Assembly: GCA_046262455.1 (NCBI GenBank)
Contig: JBHEMS010000061.1
Span: 51 to 64,050 of the forward strand
Reading direction: 5' to 3'
Length of the DNA stretch: 64,000 nucleotides
From: Candidatus Dormibacteria bacterium
GTDB taxonomy: Bacteria > Chloroflexota > Dormibacteria > DASZGP01
The first letter of the stretch is position 1. Every line of letters begins with the position of its first letter. The notes under the pieces are model-generated. The model was not told where the DNA came from, made no database searches, and saw only the letters and a program-made list of their open reading frames with translations. Positions 36,984 through 45,748 of the stretch are shown here, piece after piece. The position numbers were made by a program, and so were the translations under genes.

Positions 36984-39418
36984 CGGGCGACGTGAGGGCG
37001 GCGCCCCCACTGGTCGCGACCTACCGGCTACAACTCCACGCGGGCTTCGACTTTGGCGCCGCCGCCTCCATCGTGCCCTACCTCGCCGAGCTCGGTGTCA
37101 GCCACCTCTATCTCTCTCCCATCCTCCAGGCGGTTCCGGGCAGCATGCACGGCTATGACCAGTGCGACCCTACCCGGATCAGTGACGAGCTCGGTGGCGA
37201 CACCGGTTTTCGGCGCCTGGTCGCGTCGACCCGCAGCCACCGCATGGGCATCATCCTGGACATCGTTCCCAACCACATGGCGGCGAGCGATGCCAACCCC
37301 TGGTGGTGGGAGCTCCTGCGCTCCGGCCGCGATGGACGTACCGGGACCTACTTCGACGTCGATTGGAATCCCGGCGACCCCGACCTGAAGGGCCGGGTGC
37401 TGCTTCCCGTGCTGGGGGGACCGCTGGACGGAATACTGGCCGCCGGTGAGCTCAAGCTCGCGCGGCGCGACGGCTACACCGTCGTGCGGTATTACGACAA
37501 CGCCTTCCCGATCCGCGACGCGTCCGGCGCGGTCGTCATCTCCGCCGAGCTGCTGGAGAGCCAGAACTACTCCCTGGCCTCCTGGCGCGACGCGGCCACC
37601 CGGCTCAACTACCGCCGGTTCTTCGACATCAACTCGCTGGTGGCCCTCCGGGAGGAGGACCCTGCGGTGTTCGCCGCGGTGCACGACCTGCCGCTGAGGA
37701 TGATCGAAGAGGAGCAGGTGCAGGGGTTGCGCGTGGACCATGTTGACGGGCTGCGCGACCCCGGCGCCTACCTCCAGACGCTGCGGCAACAGGCCGGCGG
37801 CGCCTGGCTGCTCGCCGAGAAGATCCTCGAACCGGGCGAGCACCTCCCGGCCGCCTGGCCGGTCGACGGCACCACCGGCTACGACTTCATCCACCGCCTC
37901 CAGGGCGTCTTCATCGACCCTGACGCCGAGGTGCCGATGAGCCAGGTGTACGAGCGCTTCACGGGCGAAGCCACGGATTACCGTGCCGTCGTGGCACAGG
38001 CCAAGAAGGAGGCCGCCCAACGACTCTTCGCGAGCGACTTCCGGCGGTTGGAACGCATCTTCGCCAGGGTTTGCGCCGGGGCCGCCCCGGGGTTCACTGA
38101 AGAGGCGAGGTTGGCGGCGCTGCAGGCCCTGGCGGTCGCGTTCCCCGTCTATCGCACCTACCGGCGCCCCGGCGACCCCATCACGCCGGCAGACCGCCGG
38201 CACGTCGAGGCAGCGGCGGACGCCGCGGCCACCATGCACCCGCGCGCGGAGGGGGTGCTGATTGACCTGTTGCGCCGAGTGCTGCTGGGCGATGTCGCCG
38301 GCGGCGACGCGGCCGAGCTGACGGCGAGGTTCCAGCAGCTATCGGGGCCGCTGATGGCCAAGGGGGTCGAGGACACCGCCTTCTACCGGTACAACCGCCT
38401 GGTCTGTCTCAACGAGGTCGGTGCCGATCCCGGCACCTTTGGAGTAACGACTGCTGACTTCCATGCCGCCAACCTCGCCACCCTCGAGGGATACCCGACG
38501 GCCATGCTGGGCTCGTCCACCCACGACACCAAACGCAGCGAGGACGTCCGGGCCCGGCTGTCGCTGCTCGCCCAGGTGCCATCCAAGTGGGAGGCGGCGG
38601 TGCAGCGATGGTCCAGGCTCAACGCCCGCCACCGCAGCGGGCCCCTGCCGGATCGAAACGCCGAGTACCTCCTCTACCAGACGCTCGTCGGCGCCTGGCC
38701 CCTGCCAGAGGAGCGCGCCGTCGCCTACATGCAGAAGGCCGCGCGGGAGGCCAAGCAGCACACGTCGTGGACGGACCCTGACGGGGAGTACGAGGAGGCC
38801 CTGCAGGACTTCGTGCGCGGGGCCTGCCGAGATGCGGACTTCCAGGCCGACGTCGAGGCCTTCGTCAGGCCCCTCGTCGACGCGGGCCGCCAGGTCGCGC
38901 TGGCGATGACACTTCTTAAACTCACCTCGCCCGGGGTTCCCGACCTCTACCAGGGAACAGAGGCCTGGGACCTCAGCCTCGTGGACCCCGACAACCGCCG
39001 ACCCGTTGACTACCAAATCCGCCGGGAGATGCTCGACCGCCTGGACCAGCCGTCGCCTGGTGAAATCGAGGCGGGGATCGCCAAGGTCCGGCTGGTGGCG
39101 ACCGCGCTGCGGGTGCGGCGGGCAGCGCCGGAGGCGTTTCTACACAGTTCGCGGTACACACCACTGCTTGCCACCGGGCCGGCCGCGGCCCACCTTCTTG
39201 CGTTCGCGCGGGGGACACACCTCGACGATCGCGCGGTGGTCGTCGTCGTCCCGCGACTGCTCCTCGGGCGGGACCTGGACTGGGAGGCCACGAGGCTGAA
39301 GATCGGTGAAGGCGGCTGGACCGACCAGCTCGCAGGAAAAGCCGTCAGCGGACCGGTCATCGCCCTCGACGAACTGCTGGGCGGCGGCCTGCCGACACTG
39401 CTTACCCGCGACCGATGA
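36980..39418 (+). CDS. treY: malto-oligosyltrehalose synthase
   Basis: ATYRLQLHAGFDF...YLSPILQA.PGSMHGYD, LDIVPNHM, GLRVDHVDGL and STHDTKRSEDVRAR. I place the start at GTG 36980, a GTGA overlap with the malQ stop. The 1278-aa track ORF is an alternate-frame read-through of malQ. Confidence 0.93.
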   Translation: MTGDVRAAPPLVATYRLQLHAGFDFGAAASIVPYLAELGVSHLYLSPILQAVPGSMHGYDQCDPTRISDELGGDTGFRRLVASTRSHRMGIILDIVPNHMAASDANPWWWELLRSGRDGRTGTYFDVDWNPGDPDLKGRVLLPVLGGPLDGILAAGELKLARRDGYTVVRYYDNAFPIRDASGAVVISAELLESQNYSLASWRDAATRLNYRRFFDINSLVALREEDPAVFAAVHDLPLRMIEEEQVQGLRVDHVDGLRDPGAYLQTLRQQAGGAWLLAEKILEPGEHLPAAWPVDGTTGYDFIHRLQGVFIDPDAEVPMSQVYERFTGEATDYRAVVAQAKKEAAQRLFASDFRRLERIFARVCAGAAPGFTEEARLAALQALAVAFPVYRTYRRPGDPITPADRRHVEAAADAAATMHPRAEGVLIDLLRRVLLGDVAGGDAAELTARFQQLSGPLMAKGVEDTAFYRYNRLVCLNEVGADPGTFGVTTADFHAANLATLEGYPTAMLGSSTHDTKRSEDVRARLSLLAQVPSKWEAAVQRWSRLNARHRSGPLPDRNAEYLLYQTLVGAWPLPEERAVAYMQKAAREAKQHTSWTDPDGEYEEALQDFVRGACRDADFQADVEAFVRPLVDAGRQVALAMTLLKLTSPGVPDLYQGTEAWDLSLVDPDNRRPVDYQIRREMLDRLDQPSPGEIEAGIAKVRLVATALRVRRAAPEAFLHSSRYTPLLATGPAAAHLLAFARGTHLDDRAVVVVVPRLLLGRDLDWEATRLKIGEGGWTDQLAGKAVSGPVIALDELLGGGLPTLLTRDR

Positions 39419-41136
39419 GCGAGGGCATTTGGGTCTGGGCGCCCGCCGCAACGCGGGTTGAGCTCGTCGCCGGCGGGGGCCGCTTCGAGATGACAGTCGA
39501 GGCTTCGGGGTGGTTCTCGGCGCCCACCGCGACGGTGGCTGATAACGCCGGCTACATGCTCGCCATTGACGGTGGTGAACCACGACCCGACCCGCGTTCA
39601 GCGCACCAACCCGAAGGCGTCCACGGCCCCTCCCACCTGGTGAACCACGCCGCCTTCCGCTGGGGCGACGCCGCTTGGTCGGGCCTCCCGCTGGCCGACG
39701 CCGTCATCTACGAGCTTCACGTCGGGACCTTTACCCCCGAGGGAAGCTTTGACGCCGCCGCGGCCCGCCTGCCCTACCTCCTGGAGCTCGGCATCAACGC
39801 CGTCGAGCTGATGCCGGTGGCCACCTTCCCGGGGGCGCGTGGATGGGGGTATGACGGGGTCGACATCTTTGCCCCGCACCCCGCGTACGGGGGCCCGGAC
39901 GGCCTGAAACGCTTGGTCGATGCCTGTCACGCGGCCGGCATCGCGGTGGTCATGGACGTCGTCTACAACCACCTTGGCCCGGATGGCAACTACCTCGCCG
40001 AGTTCGGGCCCTACTTCACCGACGTATACCAGACCCCCTGGGGCCGGGCGCTGAACTTCGACGGCGCCGGGAGTGACGAGGTGCGGCGCTTCTTTATCGA
40101 CAACGCCGTCATGTGGCTGCGTGACTACCACTGCGACGGCCTCCGCCTGGACGCCGTGCACGCGATCATTGACACCTCCGCCGTCCACTTCTTGGAGGAG
40201 GTCACAGCCGCCGTCGACGCCCTGGGGGCGGAGCTTGGACGCGAACTCTGGATGATCGCCGAGAGTGACCTCAACGACCCGCGTGTGGTGGCTTCGCGCG
40301 ACCGCGGCGGCTACGGGTTCGACGCGCAGTGGAGCGATGACTTTCACCACGCCCTGCACGCAGCGCTGACGGGTGAGCATGCCGGCTATTACGCGGGCTT
40401 CGACGGCCTGGAGGACGTGGCGACAGCCCTGCGGCAGGCCTTCGTGTTCGACGGACGCTACAGCCCCTACCGTGGGCGCAAGTTCGGTCGGCGCCCGGTG
40501 GGCATACCCGGGACCAGTTTCCTTGGGTATATCCAGGACCACGACCAGGTGGGCAACCGCGCCCAGGGGGAACGGATCAGTCAGCTGGTGTCGCCTGGGC
40601 TCTGCAGGGTGGCGGCGGCCCTGGTCCTGACCTCGCCGTTCACACCGATGATCTTCGCGGGCGAGGAGTGGGCCGCGACCACCCCGTTCCTGTATTTCAC
40701 CGACCACCAGAGTGCCGACCTGGCCCGGGCGGTCACGGCCGGGCGGAGAGCCGAGTTCGCGGGCTTCGGCTGGCCCGCGGGCGCTGTGCCTGACCCCCAG
40801 TCACCGCAGACCTTTGAGGCCTCGCGCCTCGACTGGACCGAGCTGGAAAGCGAGCCTCACCGCGGCACGTTCCAGTGGTATCGCGACCTGGTGCACCTGC
40901 GCCGGGCGGAGCCTGCGCTGCGCAACGGGCGCATGGGCGATGTCGTCGTCCGTCACGGCCCCAGTTGGATCGAGATGGTGCGTGAGGACATCGCGGTGTA
41001 CTGCAACCTGGGCGGCGAGCGCGTGTCCTTCGGATCCGGCGGCACGCTGCTGCTGGCGTCGGAAAAGGGAACCCGCACAGACGGCGAGGGGACCGAGCTC
41101 CCCCCGGAGAGCGCTGCGGTCGTCCGCCTCGGTTAA
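39415..41136 (+). CDS. treZ: malto-oligosyltrehalose trehalohydrolase
   Basis: VMDVVYNHLGPDGNY, DGLRLDAVHAI, IAESDLND and IQDHDQVGNR. There is an ATGA overlap with treY. Confidence 0.95.
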   Translation: MSEGIWVWAPAATRVELVAGGGRFEMTVEASGWFSAPTATVADNAGYMLAIDGGEPRPDPRSAHQPEGVHGPSHLVNHAAFRWGDAAWSGLPLADAVIYELHVGTFTPEGSFDAAAARLPYLLELGINAVELMPVATFPGARGWGYDGVDIFAPHPAYGGPDGLKRLVDACHAAGIAVVMDVVYNHLGPDGNYLAEFGPYFTDVYQTPWGRALNFDGAGSDEVRRFFIDNAVMWLRDYHCDGLRLDAVHAIIDTSAVHFLEEVTAAVDALGAELGRELWMIAESDLNDPRVVASRDRGGYGFDAQWSDDFHHALHAALTGEHAGYYAGFDGLEDVATALRQAFVFDGRYSPYRGRKFGRRPVGIPGTSFLGYIQDHDQVGNRAQGERISQLVSPGLCRVAAALVLTSPFTPMIFAGEEWAATTPFLYFTDHQSADLARAVTAGRRAEFAGFGWPAGAVPDPQSPQTFEASRLDWTELESEPHRGTFQWYRDLVHLRRAEPALRNGRMGDVVVRHGPSWIEMVREDIAVYCNLGGERVSFGSGGTLLLASEKGTRTDGEGTELPPESAAVVRLG

Positions 41137-41138
41137 CC

Positions 41139-41165
41139 GCACCCCGGTGGTGAAGCGCGGGGTGC
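41139..41165. terminator. 8-bp inverted repeat between convergent treZ and the 273-aa ORF
   Basis: GCACCCCG-(11 nt)-CGGGGTGC is read directly from the sequence. There is no clear U-tract on either strand. Confidence 0.35.
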
Positions 41166-41171
41166 CGTGAC

Positions 41172-41993
41172 TCAGGAAATTTCCTTGAGACGCCGCCTGG
41201 CCGACTCGGCGGCGCCGCGGGCGGCGTCCACGGCCGACTCGGCTTGGTCTGCCTCGCCGGCGGCAGCGGCTGCCTCGGCCGCCACCGCATCGGCGCGCCG
41301 TCGCAGGCGACGCGCCGCCTGCTCGGCCCGCTTGAGCAAGTCATCAGCCCGGTCGGCTTCCCGGCGCGCGGCCACCAGCCGTCCCCGTCGTTTCGCCTCC
41401 AGCTCACCATCGTCAGTGCGGCGCCCCGCGCTGGCGACCGGCGCCCTGGTGTCGGTTTTGTTCTCACGTCGCCGGGGCATGGGGGTCACCGTCCCGAAAA
41501 CGCCAAAGTCCGGTACCGGCGGTTCCTCGAGCAGGTCACCCCTGGCGAGGCGTTCCTGAACGTCGAGCGATCCCCGTGCGGCGTTGCTGAGGACCTCCCG
41601 GAGGCGCCGCAGCGTCTCCTCCACCGCGGCGTGACCGGCATCGGCCAGGAGCGGTCCGGCTTCCTTCACCGCGCGGTCGAGGGCTCTCTGGAACTCACTG
41701 GAATCGCGCCGGAGACGGTCACCGGCACCGTCGGCCCCGGAGAGGACCCTCTCCTGCGCCGACGCCAGGTCCCGGGCGGTTCCCAGCAAGCGGGAGACCG
41801 CCAGTCGATGGTCGCGCGCAAGCCTGTTGGCCAGCCAGACGGTGACCGTGGGCTTGCGCAGCGCAGCGATGGCGTCGGCAGCGTCGCGATCCTGCGCCAG
41901 TCGGGCCTCGCGGGCGAGCTCGTGGCGCCGCGCGATGAATTGGCCGAGCGGCAGTTCGCAGAGCTCGCCTACGGCCTCGTCCAGCCTCGTCAC
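41172..41993 (-). CDS. hypothetical Arg/Ala-rich protein (N-terminal helical domain plus C-terminal coiled-coil-like region)
   Basis: 273-aa ORF with good GC3 bias. Its GTG start overlaps the upstream stop (GTGA). The N-terminus LPLGQFIARRHELAREARLAQDRDAADAIAALRKPTVTVWLAN resembles conserved actinobacterial hypotheticals that I cannot name. Confidence 0.6.
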   Translation of the reverse strand: MTRLDEAVGELCELPLGQFIARRHELAREARLAQDRDAADAIAALRKPTVTVWLANRLARDHRLAVSRLLGTARDLASAQERVLSGADGAGDRLRRDSSEFQRALDRAVKEAGPLLADAGHAAVEETLRRLREVLSNAARGSLDVQERLARGDLLEEPPVPDFGVFGTVTPMPRRRENKTDTRAPVASAGRRTDDGELEAKRRGRLVAARREADRADDLLKRAEQAARRLRRRADAVAAEAAAAAGEADQAESAVDAARGAAESARRRLKEIS

Positions 41994-42418
41994 GGCAGCC
42001 TCACCCGGACGCCGGCCGCCGTACGGTATTCGGTCGAAAGCCCGCCAAAGTCACGTCGATCCTTGACCCGGGAGGCCGCCGCCTGGGTCTCCTCCGCGAC
42101 CCCCCTGATGCACGCGGCCTCGGCGAGACGACTCACCAGGTCCCCCACGGTGGCCGGGTCACTCCTCAGCGTGAGGGTCAGCACGAATTGCTCCTGCCCG
42201 CGGTCGTCACGTCCGGTCGCCTGCAGCCTGGAACTCTTGAAACACCCGCCGTCGAGAGTGTGCGTGCCGGTGTCCAGGCCCTGGACCTGTACCCGGCCCG
42301 CCACCCCTTCGGCACCCGGGGCCGGGGCAGGCCGTGTCAGGAGCCAGGCCGCCAGGGCAAGGACCAGGAGCGCAACCGCCACGGCGGCGGCCCCCGCGCG
42401 CCCTCGGAGCGCGCTCAT
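41990..42418 (-). CDS. hypothetical N-terminally membrane-anchored protein
   Basis: 142 aa. There is an ATGA overlap with the kinase stop. It has a single N-terminal hydrophobic helix AAAVAVALLVLALAAWLL, then a soluble domain of about 110 aa with two Cys. Confidence 0.55.
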   Translation of the reverse strand: MSALRGRAGAAAVAVALLVLALAAWLLTRPAPAPGAEGVAGRVQVQGLDTGTHTLDGGCFKSSRLQATGRDDRGQEQFVLTLTLRSDPATVGDLVSRLAEAACIRGVAEETQAAASRVKDRRDFGGLSTEYRTAAGVRVRLP

Positions 42419-44751
42419 GTCGCGGCCGCCACCCTGGTCACTGCGAGGATCCAGGGACTGCCCGCGGCAAGGTCATCCCAGGACACCTGGGTCGCCCCCA
42501 GGGCCGGGTCGATCACCATGAAGTGGTCTGCTGCGGCGTCATAACCGGTGATCGTCACCAGCGTCTCGCGACGCGCATCAGGATTGCGGTAGGCCGCCAG
42601 GAAGACGGCGGATTTACCCGCCGCGGTGGCCGCCGATAGGTTGGATTCGGTGGCCGAGACGTGCTTGTCGCGCAGGTACCCCGCGATGGCCGACCAGTCA
42701 CCTCCCCGGCCGGGCTTCCAGGCCCCGCGCGCCACCAGCTCCCTGCCCACCGCGGCAGGATCCTCGCTGCCCCCGAACGCGGAAAGCAGGCTGGCAATGG
42801 CGGCTGGCACCGTCCCCGCGTGGGCGTAATCGGAGCTCCCCGCCCGCTGGCCCGACCAGCGAGGATCGTCCTGGCGGTAGACCCTAGGCACCCCGGGGGT
42901 GGTTATCGCGGACGCCAGGGTGTAGCTGACCGCACGCGAGTTGCCGTTGACGCTCAGGGCCTGGGAACCGGAAGACCGGGCAGGGCGCGTCCAGTGCGCC
43001 ACCAGGCGGAGATATGGATAGGGCGGGGTGTAGCGGGTGCCGTAGCGCGCGGTGAAAGCCTTGCGCTCGTCGGGGGTGAAACCGCATCCACTTTTGAGGG
43101 TCGGTGAGTAGTGGCTGTCCAGCTCATGCTTCCAGGGCACCGGGAAGTTGAGCTGCAGGGCGCCGGCGGTGCCGACTGAGGGTGACCCGGCCAACAGGAG
43201 CGCCGTCGCGCCCCAGGTCTTGCCGTCAGCCTGGTACACGTGCGCCGCCCCGGCGCCGAGGTAGGGGCCGCCGGAGATGACCACGTCACGCAGCGTGGAA
43301 CCCGCGGGCGGGGCCAGCGAGAAGGTGCCCAGCAGGGCATCGCCGAAGCGCGGCATGTATTTGTTACCAACGCAGTCGAGGTTCTCCGACGTCCCACACA
43401 CGAACGCGTCGCAGTAACCAAAACCGAGGTCGACCGCCGCGGGCTGCGCCAGCAGGACGGTCTCCGCGACGCTGCCGTCCTCCAATGGCGACATGGTCGG
43501 GTCCCCCGCCCCGGCGCTGCCGGGGAGCCCGGCCTGACGCGCCAGGGAGCCAGGGCCGAAGGACGCTGCCAGGGCCACCGGCAGGGCGCCTGAGGGCGCG
43601 AACGGGCCCGCGCGGGCAGCGAACAGCCCACTGCCGACAAGCAACGCGAGGATGGCCACCCCGGCGACGGCAGCCAGGAGGCGATTTGACCGCAGTCCCC
43701 GGGGCGCTGGCGAGACCCCGGCGTGGTTCGCGGCGCCTGTGGCGGGGGCGTGTGCTGTGCCCGTGGCCGCGCCGGTTTCCACCGCGGCGCCCGCCACGCC
43801 GCCCGCCAGCGGAGCCGTGCCTGCCGAACCGATCGCGCCGGCAGCCTGGACCGCGACCCCCGCCCCACCGAGGGCGGCAAACGCGGTCGCGCCCGCCGCG
43901 GCGCCGACCAGGACGGCGATGCCGGCGCGCCGCTCCCAGTCCTCCCCGTAGGCCTGTGTCGCCGCGGCCTCCAGTTCGGCAAGGAACTCCTCCGCGCCCT
44001 GCTGCCGGGCTGCTGGGTCCTTGGCCATCGCGCGCTGGGTCATCCGCGCCAGGCCCTCCGGGAGCTGGCGGTTGGCCTTCCGCGGGTCCGGGGCAGCCCG
44101 GTGGATATGAATCTCCATCAGTGCCAGCGGGCTGGCGGCCCTGAAGGGCGGCCGTCCGACCAGCAGCTCATAGAGCACCACGCCGCAGGCGTACACGTCG
44201 GATCGCGAATCCACCACGCCACCTCGCGCCTGCTCCGGGCTCATGAAGCCGGGCGTCCCAAGAACCTCGCGGTCGCCGTGACCGGGATCGAAGACCGCCA
44301 GCCCGAAGTCCGCGAGCTTGCTGGTACCGGCACGGTCGGCCAGCAGGTTGTCGGGCTTGACGTCCCGGTGGACAAGCCCCAGACCGTGGGCGTAGGCGAG
44401 CCCCGACAGGGCACCCTTGAGGACGCCCAGGGATTGCTCAGGGGCGAGGCGCCCGGAGCCGTCGACGACCGCCCGCAGCGAGGCTCCGTCGACGAACTCA
44501 CAGATGAGGAAGACGCCGTCATTCGACTCCACGAAGTCGTAGACCTGCACGCAGTTGGTGTGCTCGAGTCGGGCCATGACCTGTGCCTCAGCGCGGAAGC
44601 GCGTGAGGAACCGCTGGTCCTTTGCCAGGTGCGGTGCCAGTTGCTTGATCGCCACCGCGCGATCGAGGTCCGGCTGACGGCCCAGGTACACCGTCCCGGA
44701 CGCGCCACGGCCGATCTCCGCGAGGACCTGGAAGCGGCCTACGGAGAGCAT
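42415..44751 (-). CDS. membrane Ser/Thr protein kinase with a large C-terminal domain ending in a C39-like module
   Basis: Hanks kinase motifs GRGASGTVY, AIKQL, HRDVKPDNLL, DFGLA and GTPGFMSPE. An Ala/Gly-rich linker is followed by the hydrophobic LLAAVAGVAILALLVGSGLF. The distal region of about 400 aa follows. I place the start at ATG 44749-44751 (MLSVGRFQV), 13 nt after the upstream stop. Confidence 0.9.
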   Translation of the reverse strand: MLSVGRFQVLAEIGRGASGTVYLGRQPDLDRAVAIKQLAPHLAKDQRFLTRFRAEAQVMARLEHTNCVQVYDFVESNDGVFLICEFVDGASLRAVVDGSGRLAPEQSLGVLKGALSGLAYAHGLGLVHRDVKPDNLLADRAGTSKLADFGLAVFDPGHGDREVLGTPGFMSPEQARGGVVDSRSDVYACGVVLYELLVGRPPFRAASPLALMEIHIHRAAPDPRKANRQLPEGLARMTQRAMAKDPAARQQGAEEFLAELEAAATQAYGEDWERRAGIAVLVGAAAGATAFAALGGAGVAVQAAGAIGSAGTAPLAGGVAGAAVETGAATGTAHAPATGAANHAGVSPAPRGLRSNRLLAAVAGVAILALLVGSGLFAARAGPFAPSGALPVALAASFGPGSLARQAGLPGSAGAGDPTMSPLEDGSVAETVLLAQPAAVDLGFGYCDAFVCGTSENLDCVGNKYMPRFGDALLGTFSLAPPAGSTLRDVVISGGPYLGAGAAHVYQADGKTWGATALLLAGSPSVGTAGALQLNFPVPWKHELDSHYSPTLKSGCGFTPDERKAFTARYGTRYTPPYPYLRLVAHWTRPARSSGSQALSVNGNSRAVSYTLASAITTPGVPRVYRQDDPRWSGQRAGSSDYAHAGTVPAAIASLLSAFGGSEDPAAVGRELVARGAWKPGRGGDWSAIAGYLRDKHVSATESNLSAATAAGKSAVFLAAYRNPDARRETLVTITGYDAAADHFMVIDPALGATQVSWDDLAAGSPWILAVTRVAAAT

Positions 44752-44764
44752 GACCTGGAGCGAC

Positions 44765-44956
44765 CTACCAGAGAGCCCCCTTGCCGAAGACCACGTATAG
44801 CGCCGGGCCGACACCCCAGAAGAAGATGATCACCAGCGCCCACAGGAGTTTCCGGACGGTGTTGAGGTCGCTGCGCCCGGCCACGTGGATCAGCGCCAGG
44901 ACGACCGCGACCGGATGCAGGAAAACCGACACCAGGATCTGCAGGAGGGTCTTCAC
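44765..44956 (-). CDS. PLDc_N-type small membrane protein
   Basis: 63 aa with two TM helices. ALIHVAGRSDLNTVRKLLWALVIIFFWGVGPALYVVFGKG matches the pattern of the phospholipase-D/cardiolipin-synthase N-terminal domain family. Confidence 0.7.
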   Translation of the reverse strand: MKTLLQILVSVFLHPVAVVLALIHVAGRSDLNTVRKLLWALVIIFFWGVGPALYVVFGKGALW

Positions 44957-44964
44957 GTCGCCAC

Positions 44965-44993
44965 TTTACGGCACGTTGGCGTCACGGTATACG
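44965..44993 (+). promoter_or_regulatory. sigma-70-like promoter candidate giving a leaderless or near-leaderless VOC mRNA
   Basis: TTTACG (44965-44970), a 17-nt spacer, then TATACG (44988-44993). The ATG of the VOC gene is at 45002, 8 nt after the -10 element, with no Shine-Dalgarno sequence. Confidence 0.35.
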
Positions 44994-45001
44994 CTCCTCC
45001 C

Positions 45002-45376
45002 ATGCTCAAATCCGGACACATGCACACCGCCCTTCCCGTCGAGGACCTTGACCGCGCCCGCGCCTTCTACTCCCAGAAGCTCGGCCTGGAACCGGCCGCC
45101 GACAACCCGGGCGGGCTTCTCTACCGGCTCGACGACGGTGCGGAGTTCCTCCTGTACCCCAGCGGCTATCGCCCGGGAGGCCACACCCAGGCTCATATCG
45201 TGGTCGACGACGTGCGCGCCGCCGTGGCCGAGCTGCGGGGCCGCGGGGTCGTCTTCATCGAGTACGACCTCCCCGGGCTGACGACGGTTGACGGCGTGGT
45301 CGAGGCCGGCCCGCACGTGAACGCATGGTTCAAGGACAGCGAGGGGAACCTTCTGGGGCTGATCCAGAACTCCTGA
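45002..45376 (+). CDS. VOC (glyoxalase/bleomycin-resistance/dioxygenase) family protein
   Basis: MLKSGHMHTALPVEDLDRARAFYSQKLGL...HIVVDDVRAAVAELRGRGVVF...FKDSEGNLLGLIQ. The track start at 44885 adds a non-homologous extension that overlaps the divergent gene. Confidence 0.85.
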   Translation: MLKSGHMHTALPVEDLDRARAFYSQKLGLEPAADNPGGLLYRLDDGAEFLLYPSGYRPGGHTQAHIVVDDVRAAVAELRGRGVVFIEYDLPGLTTVDGVVEAGPHVNAWFKDSEGNLLGLIQNS

Positions 45377-45403
45377 CCGGCCTGGCCGCCGGCGCGGAAT
45401 CGC

Positions 45404-45655
45404 TCAGCGGGCGGTGGGAGCCTTCTTGTCTACTGGCGTCTGCAGGCTGAGGTCGTTGATCGAGCGGCACTCCGGGCAGCTGACGAGGAGGTCGATGGGG
45501 CGGTTGGGGGCCGATGCCATCAACTCCAACTCACAATTGCCGCAGACCAGGCTGTGGGATTTGGCACCCCCCCGTCCGTTGAGGGTGCGCTTCAAGTAGG
45601 AGAGGGTGCGCCCCTCCGGCACGCGCGCAACGAGTTCGCATCTCTTCACTGTCAT
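45404..45655 (-). CDS. small zinc-ribbon protein (CxxC...CPxC), function unknown
   Basis: 83 aa with CGNC-(18 aa)-CPEC. It is divergent from the di-iron gene across a 93-nt spacer. Coding bias is moderate. Confidence 0.5.
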   Translation of the reverse strand: MTVKRCELVARVPEGRTLSYLKRTLNGRGGAKSHSLVCGNCELELMASAPNRPIDLLVSCPECRSINDLSLQTPVDKKAPTAR

Positions 45656-45748
45656 AACGCCTCAAGGCTACCAGCGACACCCGTTTGATCCGAACCGCCC
45701 GCGCCGGGCGTAGCAGGAAAGAACGCCCGTCAACAGCAGGAGTCACTC

